Assembly (NCBI GenBank): GCA_902620425.1
Contig: CACNHX010000003.1
Coordinates: forward strand, 7,199-71,198
Direction of reading: 5' to 3'
Length of the DNA stretch: 64,000 bases
Origin: an uncultured Alphaproteobacteria bacterium
GTDB taxonomy: Bacteria; Pseudomonadota; Alphaproteobacteria; HIMB59; GCA-002718135
A model generated the notes under the pieces. The model made no database searches. It was not told where the DNA came from and saw nothing but the letters and a program-made list of their open reading frames with translations. Positions 31,109-38,951 of this stretch are shown piece by piece; position 1 is the first letter of the stretch; each line of letters starts with the position of its first letter. The position numbers and the translations under genes are program-made.

Positions 31109-33862
31109 ATGGCAGACAATCTACAGGTATCAGCAAAAATCTCAGAAGAAAAAAGTGTAAATATTTTAACATTAAGTGTCGTGCGTCGTGACGGAGCTAT
31201 CACCCCTTTCAAATCTGATAAAATTTCAAACGCTATAAAAAAAGCATTCTTAGCACAAACAAAAATTAGAAATGATAAAAATAAAGAAAAGGAACAACAA
31301 GATGGAATTCATAAAACTGTTGAAGCTTTAACGCATAAAGTTGTGTCAGCTCTAACAAGAAGGATTGCTGACGGTGATATGATTCACATTGAGGATATAC
31401 AAGATCAAGTGGAGTTAGCACTTATGAGGGATGAGCATCATAAAGTTGCTAGAGCGTATGTTTTGTATAGAGAACAGAGAGCGGCTTCAAGATATCACAC
31501 TAAAAAACTGAAAGAACAAGTTGGAGAAAAAGCTTCTTCAATGATGGTAACTAAAAGAGATGGAAGTAAAGAGCCAATTTCACTAGATAAAATAACCAAT
31601 AGAGTTTCTGTTCTATCTACTGGCTTAAACATTGATCCAATTGTCGTTGTTCAAAAAGCTGTTCCAGGCTTATATAGTGATATTAGTTCCGTTGAAATTG
31701 ATACTTATCTTGCTGAAACTGCTGCTGCTTTAACAGTTGAACATCCTGATTATTCTTATCTTGCAGCAAGAATAAAAGTAAACTCACTTCATAAAGAAAC
31801 TCCGGGTTTCATCATAGCAACAAAAAATTTATACGATGATGGATTGTTAAGAGAAGATTATTATAAAAAGGTCATGGAGAATGCAGACTTAATTGAGTCT
31901 GTAATTGACTATGACAAAGATTATACTTTTGATTATTTTGCTCTCACAACTCTAATAAGAGCATATTTATTAAAGTTCGATAATAAAACAATTGAAAGAC
32001 CTCAAGATCTTTGGATGAGAGTAACTTTAACAGTTACCGGTAATGAGTTTAATTTAGATAAAATAAAAGAAACTTATAAAAGTTTATCAACGGGTATGTA
32101 TACACATGCTACCCCAACATTGTTTAATAGTGGATTAAAAATGCAACAATTATCTTCATGCTTTTTAATAGGAATGGAAGATGACTCCATAGAAGGTATT
32201 TTTAATACTATAAAAGATTGTGCCCTAATTTCTAAAACAGCTGGTGGTATTGGCATGCACGCTCACAATATTAGAGGTAGTGGAAGTAGAATAAAATCAA
32301 CAAACGGGAAATCTAACGGCCTTATTCCATTTTTGAAAATATTTAATGAGACTGCTAAATCAGTTGATCAAGGCGGTGGTAAAAGAAAAGGTTCTTTTGC
32401 AGTTTACTTAGAACCTTGGCATGCTGACATTGAGAAATTTCTAGAACTTAGAAAAAATACAGGTGCCGAAGAATTTAGAGCAAGAGATTTGTTTTACGCT
32501 TTATGGATACCAGATTTATTCATGAAAAGAGTAGAAAATGATGAAGAGTGGACACTTATGAGTGAACATGAATGTCCAGGCCTCTCAGATGTTTATGGAG
32601 ACGAGTTTGAAAAACTTTACACAAAGTATGAAAATGAAATGAAGCATTTAGAAAAAATTAAAGCGAGAGATTTAATGTCTAAAATCATAGAAGCACAAAT
32701 AGAAACAGGACAACCTTATATGCTTTATAAAGACTCTATTAATAATAAGTCTAATCAAAAAAATATTGGTATCATTAAATCTTCAAACCTTTGTGCAGAG
32801 ATAGTTGAATATTCAGATAGGAATGAAACATCTGTATGTAATTTGGCTTCCATAGCTCTGCCAAAATTTGTAAAAAAATCAGATAAAAAATTAATATATG
32901 ACTATGACGCTCTTTACGAAACTGCAAAATTGGCTACAAAAAACTTAGATGAAGTAATTGATATTAATTTCTATCCAACTGATAAAACGGAAAGATCTAA
33001 TAATAAACATAGGCCAATAGGTTTAGGAATACAGGGACTTGCAGATGTCTACTTTAAGATGGGAATAGCCTATGAATCTGAGGAAGCTAAAGAAATAAAT
33101 AAATTAATTTTTGAGACAATTTATTTTGGAGCTTTAGAAGCTTCATGCGATTTAGCAAAAGAAAAAGGAGCCTACGAAACATTTAATAATTCACCCATCT
33201 CAGAGGGTAAGTTTCAATTTGATCTGTGGAATGTTAATCCTTCTTCAAAGTGGGATTGGGATTCACTTAGAGCTAAAATTAAAGAGCACGGTGTGAGAAA
33301 TTCTTTAACCACAGCTTGTATGCCAACTGCGTCAACAGGTATTATACTAGGTAATACTGAAACATTCCAAATACAAACGTCTAATATATATAAAAGACAA
33401 ACACTCTCTGGTGAGTTCCTACTCGTAAATAGATATTTAGTGAATGAACTTTCTCAAAGAGGATTATGGAATAAAGAAATGAGGGACAAAATAATTTTAG
33501 AAAATGGATCGGTAGAGAACATAAATGAAATTCCAACCGAACTTAAAGAAGTTTATAAAACAGTATGGGAAGTATCACAAAAAACTGTAATTGATATGTC
33601 AGCAGATAGAGCACCATTTATTGATCAAACCCAATCGATGAATCTTTGGCTTTCAACACCTACATTTGGAAAAGTTAATTCGATGCATATGTACGCTTGG
33701 AAAAAAGGTCTTAAAACAGGAATGTATTATTTAAGAAGTAGATCAGCAGTTGATGCTGTAAAAGTCACAGTTTCATCAGAAAAAGCAGCTAAAGATGCTT
33801 ATATAAATACTGCTATTAAACAAAACAATGAACCAGAAGATTGCGAAACTTGCAGTGCATAA
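31109..33862 (+). CDS. nrdA: Class I ribonucleotide reductase alpha subunit, eukaryote-like core, two N-terminal ATP cones
   Basis: QLSSCFL, SNLCAEI (Asn-Cys-Glu), VCNLASI, GMYYLRS, C-terminal CETCSA; cones begin VVRRDG and VTKRDG. Confidence 0.98.
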   Translation: MADNLQVSAKISEEKSVNILTLSVVRRDGAITPFKSDKISNAIKKAFLAQTKIRNDKNKEKEQQDGIHKTVEALTHKVVSALTRRIADGDMIHIEDIQDQVELALMRDEHHKVARAYVLYREQRAASRYHTKKLKEQVGEKASSMMVTKRDGSKEPISLDKITNRVSVLSTGLNIDPIVVVQKAVPGLYSDISSVEIDTYLAETAAALTVEHPDYSYLAARIKVNSLHKETPGFIIATKNLYDDGLLREDYYKKVMENADLIESVIDYDKDYTFDYFALTTLIRAYLLKFDNKTIERPQDLWMRVTLTVTGNEFNLDKIKETYKSLSTGMYTHATPTLFNSGLKMQQLSSCFLIGMEDDSIEGIFNTIKDCALISKTAGGIGMHAHNIRGSGSRIKSTNGKSNGLIPFLKIFNETAKSVDQGGGKRKGSFAVYLEPWHADIEKFLELRKNTGAEEFRARDLFYALWIPDLFMKRVENDEEWTLMSEHECPGLSDVYGDEFEKLYTKYENEMKHLEKIKARDLMSKIIEAQIETGQPYMLYKDSINNKSNQKNIGIIKSSNLCAEIVEYSDRNETSVCNLASIALPKFVKKSDKKLIYDYDALYETAKLATKNLDEVIDINFYPTDKTERSNNKHRPIGLGIQGLADVYFKMGIAYESEEAKEINKLIFETIYFGALEASCDLAKEKGAYETFNNSPISEGKFQFDLWNVNPSSKWDWDSLRAKIKEHGVRNSLTTACMPTASTGIILGNTETFQIQTSNIYKRQTLSGEFLLVNRYLVNELSQRGLWNKEMRDKIILENGSVENINEIPTELKEVYKTVWEVSQKTVIDMSADRAPFIDQTQSMNLWLSTPTFGKVNSMHMYAWKKGLKTGMYYLRSRSAVDAVKVTVSSEKAAKDAYINTAIKQNNEPEDCETCSA

Positions 33863-33875
33863 GAAGGAGTAAAGA

Positions 33876-34865
33876 ATGATATCAAAAGGCGTTAAATCAA
33901 TATTTCCAATAAAAAACCAAGAAATTTGGGATAGGTACAAGCAACATATTCAAGCCTTTTGGACAACCGAAGAAGTATCTTTGCAAGATGATTTAAGAGA
34001 TCTTGAAACTTTAAATGATGGTGAAAAACATTTTATTAAGCACGTACTTGCATATTTTGCTAACTCCGAAGCAATGATTAACGAAAACCTAGCAAGTAGG
34101 TTCTACAAAGAAATTTTAATTCCTGAAGCGAGATGTTTCATATCAATGCAAATGTTGAATGAATCAATTCATGCAGAGATGTATGGTCTTCAAATTGAGG
34201 CTTATGTAAAAGATGCAAAAGAAAAGGATATGCTTTTTGATGCAATACAAAACGTACCATGTATTAACCACAAAGCACAATGGGTATCAAAATGGCTTAA
34301 TGGTAGTCAAAACCTACTAACCAGACTAATAGGTTTTGGATTAGTTGAAGGTTTATTTTTTGCAGGCTCTTTCTGTGCTATTTATTATTTTAGAAAAAGA
34401 GGTTTACTGCCTGGTTTAGCCTTATCTAACGATTGGATTGCAAGAGATGAAGGAATGCACTTTAGCTTCTCATCGTTAATGTTCAGGACTTTAAGAGACA
34501 AGTTTAATAATAAAACATTAACAGATGCGGATATTAGTGATTTATCTTTGATTCCTTCTGACGTTCCTCAATCACAATTTGAGGAAATTGTTAGAGAAGC
34601 GGTAGCATTTGAAAAAGAATTTGTAAGAGATGCTTTACCTGTGGATTTAATCGGTATGAATGCTGATTTAATGTGTCAGTATATCGAGGCTGTTGCAGAC
34701 AGAATTGCAGATTTGTTTGAATTTGATAGAGTCTTTAAGACAGAAAATCCTTTTGATTTTATGAGAGCTTTAGATGTACAAAACGTTACAAACTTTTTTG
34801 AAAAAAGAGTATCTGAATATCAAAGACCTACAGATAGGGCTTTAAGTTTTGATGAAGCATTTTGA
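33876..34865 (+). CDS. nrdB: Class I ribonucleotide reductase beta subunit, eukaryote-like
   Basis: FWT.EEV.L, NESIHAEMY, VEGLFFAGSF, RDEGMH, NFFEKRVSEYQ; SD AAGGAG upstream. Confidence 0.98.
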   Translation: MISKGVKSIFPIKNQEIWDRYKQHIQAFWTTEEVSLQDDLRDLETLNDGEKHFIKHVLAYFANSEAMINENLASRFYKEILIPEARCFISMQMLNESIHAEMYGLQIEAYVKDAKEKDMLFDAIQNVPCINHKAQWVSKWLNGSQNLLTRLIGFGLVEGLFFAGSFCAIYYFRKRGLLPGLALSNDWIARDEGMHFSFSSLMFRTLRDKFNNKTLTDADISDLSLIPSDVPQSQFEEIVREAVAFEKEFVRDALPVDLIGMNADLMCQYIEAVADRIADLFEFDRVFKTENPFDFMRALDVQNVTNFFEKRVSEYQRPTDRALSFDEAF

Positions 34866-35104
34866 TGGAAGCAGAGATATATTCTAAAACTAATTGTGGA
34901 TACTGTGATAGAGCTAAACTACGGTTAGCGAAATATAATCCAAAAATTTATATGCTTGATACAGATTATACGAGAGACGATTTTTTTGAAAAGTTTCCAA
35001 ACGCAAAAACTTTTCCTCAAATAATTTTAAATGGTAAAAAAATTGGAGGGTATCATGAGCTTGAAAAATGGTTTGAAATGAATACCTTTGATGAGGAGTT
35101 CTAA
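34865..35104 (+). CDS. Dithiol glutaredoxin (CGYC) with acidic/aromatic C-terminal tail; ATG overlaps nrdB stop (TGATG)
   Basis: YSKTNCGYCDRAK, TFPQI, IGGY; ends NTFDEEF. Confidence 0.93.
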   Translation: MEAEIYSKTNCGYCDRAKLRLAKYNPKIYMLDTDYTRDDFFEKFPNAKTFPQIILNGKKIGGYHELEKWFEMNTFDEEF

Positions 35105-35229
35105 ATAACCTTTTTGTTTCCTTTTCTCGTGTAAGTTTTTTTACTTTTAACAATTCTTTGTTTGTACTTAGGTAGTTTCAAATCTTGAGCAAAGGGGTTG
35201 CGTTTTTTTATTTTTTTTTTAATTAACAT
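35101..35229 (-). CDS. Small basic protein resembling ribosome-rescue factor ArfA (42 aa, not in ORF track)
   Basis: Hand translation: MLIKKKIKKRNPFAQDLKLPKYKQRIVKSKKTYTRKGNKKVI*. It aligns without gaps to the ArfA core up to KK, then lacks 3 residues before Y.RKG. ATG lies 10 nt after the polA stop. Confidence 0.7.
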   Translation of the reverse strand: MLIKKKIKKRNPFAQDLKLPKYKQRIVKSKKTYTRKGNKKVI

Positions 35230-35239
35230 AAATTAAGAT

Positions 35240-37981
35240 CTAATGTGCCTGACCCCAATTATCGCCAACACCAAAATCAACTGTCAGTGGAACTGAAAAA
35301 TCTTTATATTTTAAATGTATTGATTCCATAATTGTTTTTACATTGCTCACTAAATTGTCAAATTTTTTACTTTCCACTTCGAAAATCAGTTCGTCATGTA
35401 CTTGTAAAAGCATTTTTGCCTCAATGTTTTTAACTTTTATTTCTTTATGAATTTCAATCATTGCTAACTTAATTATATCTGCTGCACTACCCTGTATTGG
35501 AGCATTAATAGCTTGTCTTTCAGCAAACCCCCTTACAGCAAAATTCTTATCCGAAATTCCCTTAATATTAATTTTCCTTTTAAAAATTGTTTCAACATAT
35601 TGATTTGTTTTAGCAAAATCAATTTGATGATCCATATATTTTTTAATATTTGGATATTTTTTAAAATACTCATTTATATAATCTTTCGCTTCTGTATTAG
35701 AAATGTCAAGTTGTTTAGCTAAGCCGTATGGACTGATACCATACAGAATACCAAAATTAATTGCTTTTGCTTTTCTTCTATAATCATTATTTATTTGACT
35801 ATCTTTCAAATTAAATATTTCCTTAGCAGTTGATGCATGAATATCTTCATTATTTTTAAAAGCTTTAATAAAATTTTTATCACGAGAAATTTCTGCAGCT
35901 AATCTAAGCTCTATTTGGGAATAATCGAAACTTACTAATTTTTTTCCTTTTCCACTAACAAAAGCTGTTCTAATTTTTTTTCCATTCTCAGTTCTAATTG
36001 GAATATTTTGAAGATTTGGATCTGTAGAGCTTAATCGACCTGTTAATGTATTAGCTAAACCAAATGATGTATGAATTCTACTTTTACTGTCTGTTAATCT
36101 AAATAGAGCATCTGTATAAGTTGATTTAAGTTTTGTTAATTCCCTCCAATCGAGAACTAATTGAGCAATTTCAAACCCATCTGAAGCAAGGTTATTTAAA
36201 GTTGAGGAATCAGTAGAATATGTACCTGATTTTGTTTTTTTACCACCAGGTATTTTAAGATTCACAAATAATATCTCCCCTAATTGTTTAGGTGAACCAA
36301 TATTGAACTCTTCTTTAGATAATTTATAAATATTCTTTTCAAGTTTTTTACTTTCATTTTCAAATTCATTACTTAGACTTGTTAAAAACTTTTTATTTAC
36401 TTCAATACCATTTGCTTCAATTGAAGATAATACCTCTACAAGAGGCAAATCTATATTTTGATAAACAAAATTAGCCCTTTCTTTTATTAAACGAGGATAA
36501 AGATTTTGAAAAAGTCTAAATGTTAATAGAGAATCTTCAGCAGCGTAATTAGTTGCTTTTTCAATTGCTACTTTATCAAAAGTAATTTCATTTTTCCCTG
36601 TGCCTACAACTTCCTTATATTTAATAGTTGTATGATTTAAGTGATTAAACGATAGATCGTCTAAATTATGCTTATAAATCCCATTATCAATTGAGTAGGA
36701 AATTAGCATTGTGTCTGCAATTGAGTTAAAAATTACTCCATATTTATTTAAAATTCTAATATCATATTTGATATTTTGACCAATTTTTAAAATTGATTTG
36801 TTTTCACAGATTTTATTAATAAGATTAATTACATATTTTTCATCTAACTGACCATTAACTCTTTTAGATCCATCTGGGGTAGTATGATTGATTGGAATAT
36901 AGTAAGAAATGTCTTCACTGTAGCAAAGTGAGATGCCAATTAATTCAGCTTTTTCTAAATTTAGTGAATTTGTTTCAGTATCTATTGCGCATAAGCCGCT
37001 CTTTTCTATTTCCTTTAAAATAATTTCAAAATTATTTTTTGAATCAATTAACTGATACTTTGGTTCTAAATCTTTTTTTAAATTAATATTATTATTTTCA
37101 TTAGATATAAAAGAATTTGATTTTAATCTTTCTGATGTTGATTTAAAACCCTGTTCTTTAAGAAATTTAAAGATGTTATTATTTTCTTTTTTTAGTTCGT
37201 TATAACTCTTTATACTCTTAATAGTATTAGGTACTTGAACATCTTTTTTTAGTGTTACAAGTTCTAAACTTAATCTTATATCATTTTCTGCTACTGCTAA
37301 TATGTTTCTTCTTTTTTCTTGTTTAATTTTATCAATGTTTTTAATTAAACCATCAATATCATTAAATTCGTTTATTAATTGAGATGCAGTCTTAGGCCCA
37401 ATACCTGGGGCACCTGGAATATTATCAACTTTATCTCCAGTTAAAGCTTGAATAAAAATAACTTTATCCGGTTGCACTCCAAATTTTTCTTCAACATCTT
37501 TAATTTCTATTTTTTTATTTTTCATTGGATCAAGCATTGTCACATTTTTACTAACAAGCTGCATTAAATCTTTATCTGAAGACACTATAATGGTTTCAAT
37601 TTTATCTTTTTCAGCTAAACTAACATAAGTAGCAATTAAATCGTCGGCTTCAAATCCTTCTATTTCTAATTGTGGGATATTGAAACTCTTAACACACTCT
37701 CTTATTAAAGGAAATTGTGGTATTAAATCATCAGGAGCTTCTCCTCTATTAGCTTTATATTCTGGGTAGATTTTATTTCTAAAGTTTTCCCTTGCTGCAT
37801 CAAATATGACAATCATTTTATCATCACTATAATCTTCTATCAGTTTAACGAGCATATTTGTAAATCCAAAAACTGCATTAATAGGTGTTCCATCGGATCG
37901 ATTCATTGGGGGAAGACCGTAATATGCTCTAAATATATAAGCAGAACCGTCAACTAATATTAATCTTCCCTTTTTATTCAT
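35240..37981 (-). CDS. polA: DNA polymerase I
   Basis: 5'-3' exo LVDGSAYIFRAY, 3'-5' exo AIDTET/YAAED, polymerase DYSQIELR, RRKAKAINFGILYG, QVHDEL. Confidence 0.99.
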   Translation of the reverse strand: MNKKGRLILVDGSAYIFRAYYGLPPMNRSDGTPINAVFGFTNMLVKLIEDYSDDKMIVIFDAARENFRNKIYPEYKANRGEAPDDLIPQFPLIRECVKSFNIPQLEIEGFEADDLIATYVSLAEKDKIETIIVSSDKDLMQLVSKNVTMLDPMKNKKIEIKDVEEKFGVQPDKVIFIQALTGDKVDNIPGAPGIGPKTASQLINEFNDIDGLIKNIDKIKQEKRRNILAVAENDIRLSLELVTLKKDVQVPNTIKSIKSYNELKKENNNIFKFLKEQGFKSTSERLKSNSFISNENNNINLKKDLEPKYQLIDSKNNFEIILKEIEKSGLCAIDTETNSLNLEKAELIGISLCYSEDISYYIPINHTTPDGSKRVNGQLDEKYVINLINKICENKSILKIGQNIKYDIRILNKYGVIFNSIADTMLISYSIDNGIYKHNLDDLSFNHLNHTTIKYKEVVGTGKNEITFDKVAIEKATNYAAEDSLLTFRLFQNLYPRLIKERANFVYQNIDLPLVEVLSSIEANGIEVNKKFLTSLSNEFENESKKLEKNIYKLSKEEFNIGSPKQLGEILFVNLKIPGGKKTKSGTYSTDSSTLNNLASDGFEIAQLVLDWRELTKLKSTYTDALFRLTDSKSRIHTSFGLANTLTGRLSSTDPNLQNIPIRTENGKKIRTAFVSGKGKKLVSFDYSQIELRLAAEISRDKNFIKAFKNNEDIHASTAKEIFNLKDSQINNDYRRKAKAINFGILYGISPYGLAKQLDISNTEAKDYINEYFKKYPNIKKYMDHQIDFAKTNQYVETIFKRKINIKGISDKNFAVRGFAERQAINAPIQGSAADIIKLAMIEIHKEIKVKNIEAKMLLQVHDELIFEVESKKFDNLVSNVKTIMESIHLKYKDFSVPLTVDFGVGDNWGQAH

Positions 37982-38012
37982 TGTAAATTTAAATATATAA
38001 GATTTTAATTAA

Positions 38013-38951
38013 ATGTCAGATTATAAATTTTCAATAGAAGCAGAAAATGTAAATAAAATTTTTTTGAAGAAATCTCAAAGAGTGGATGCTTTAATTGATT
38101 TCAATATTAAAATAGAAAAGGGTACTATTCATGGATTACTGGGGCCAAATGGAGCAGGAAAATCAACTTTTATAAATATTCTTGGAGGATTGGTTAAGAA
38201 GGATTCTGGAAATGTAAAAATTTGTGGGATAGATATTGATAAGGACATAAAGTCGAGTAAATTTAAAATTGGTATAGTTCCACAAGAACTAAACATAGAT
38301 CCTTTTTTTTCACCAGCTGAATTATTAGAACTTCAAGCCGGGTTATATGGTGTTCCAAAAAGAAAAAGAAAAACTGATGAAATATTAGAAAATTTAAAAT
38401 TAACAGATCAGAGAAATGCCTATGCAAGAACTTTATCAGGAGGCATGAGAAGAAGATTGCTTATAGGGAAGGCATTAGTTCATGATCCTGAAATTATTGT
38501 TTTAGATGAACCAACTGCAGGGGTTGATATTGATATTAGAACATCAGTTTGGAACTATATCAAAAGCATTAGCAAGCTAGGAAAAACAATATGCTTAACA
38601 ACTCATTATTTAGAAGAAGCAGAAAATCTTTGTGATAATATTACCATAATTAATTATGGGAAAAAAATAATTGAAGGATCAAAAAATGAACTTTTACGTA
38701 TTATTTCAACAAAGTCTGCATCCTTTGTTTTAACAAAAGATATTAAATTACCAAGTGAGTTAAAAGAATTTAAACCAATATTAAATAATAATATTTTAAA
38801 ACTTAGTTATGATAAAAATCAAACAAATTTAAAAAAAATTATAGATATTTTAATAAAAAATAAAATTGAATTTATAGAAATAAATACGATTGAAGGCGAT
38901 TTAGAGGATGTATTTATAAAAGTAGTTAATAGTAATGATCCATCAAACTGA
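38013..38951 (+). CDS. ABC-2 type transporter ATP-binding protein (YadG-like)
   Basis: GPNGAGKST, IVPQEL, LSGGMRRR, VLDEPTAGVD, TTHYLEEAE. Confidence 0.92.
   Translation: MSDYKFSIEAENVNKIFLKKSQRVDALIDFNIKIEKGTIHGLLGPNGAGKSTFINILGGLVKKDSGNVKICGIDIDKDIKSSKFKIGIVPQELNIDPFFSPAELLELQAGLYGVPKRKRKTDEILENLKLTDQRNAYARTLSGGMRRRLLIGKALVHDPEIIVLDEPTAGVDIDIRTSVWNYIKSISKLGKTICLTTHYLEEAENLCDNITIINYGKKIIEGSKNELLRIISTKSASFVLTKDIKLPSELKEFKPILNNNILKLSYDKNQTNLKKIIDILIKNKIEFIEINTIEGDLEDVFIKVVNSNDPSN

Noticed and set aside
31109-33862. Intein or intron explaining the length of NrdA
   Set aside because: The extra length is accounted for by the second ATP cone; no intein splice motifs or homing endonuclease interrupt the catalytic motifs.
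34914-35153. 79-aa minus-strand ORF (MLKVKKLTREK...) overlapping grx
   Set aside because: Antisense to grx and out of frame with the ArfA-like ORF in the same gap, which has much better motif support.
30829-35239. RNR operon as a prophage or mobile element remnant
   Set aside because: No integrase, att-like repeats, tRNA or other phage genes; the promoter carries host-type NrdR and LexA sites.
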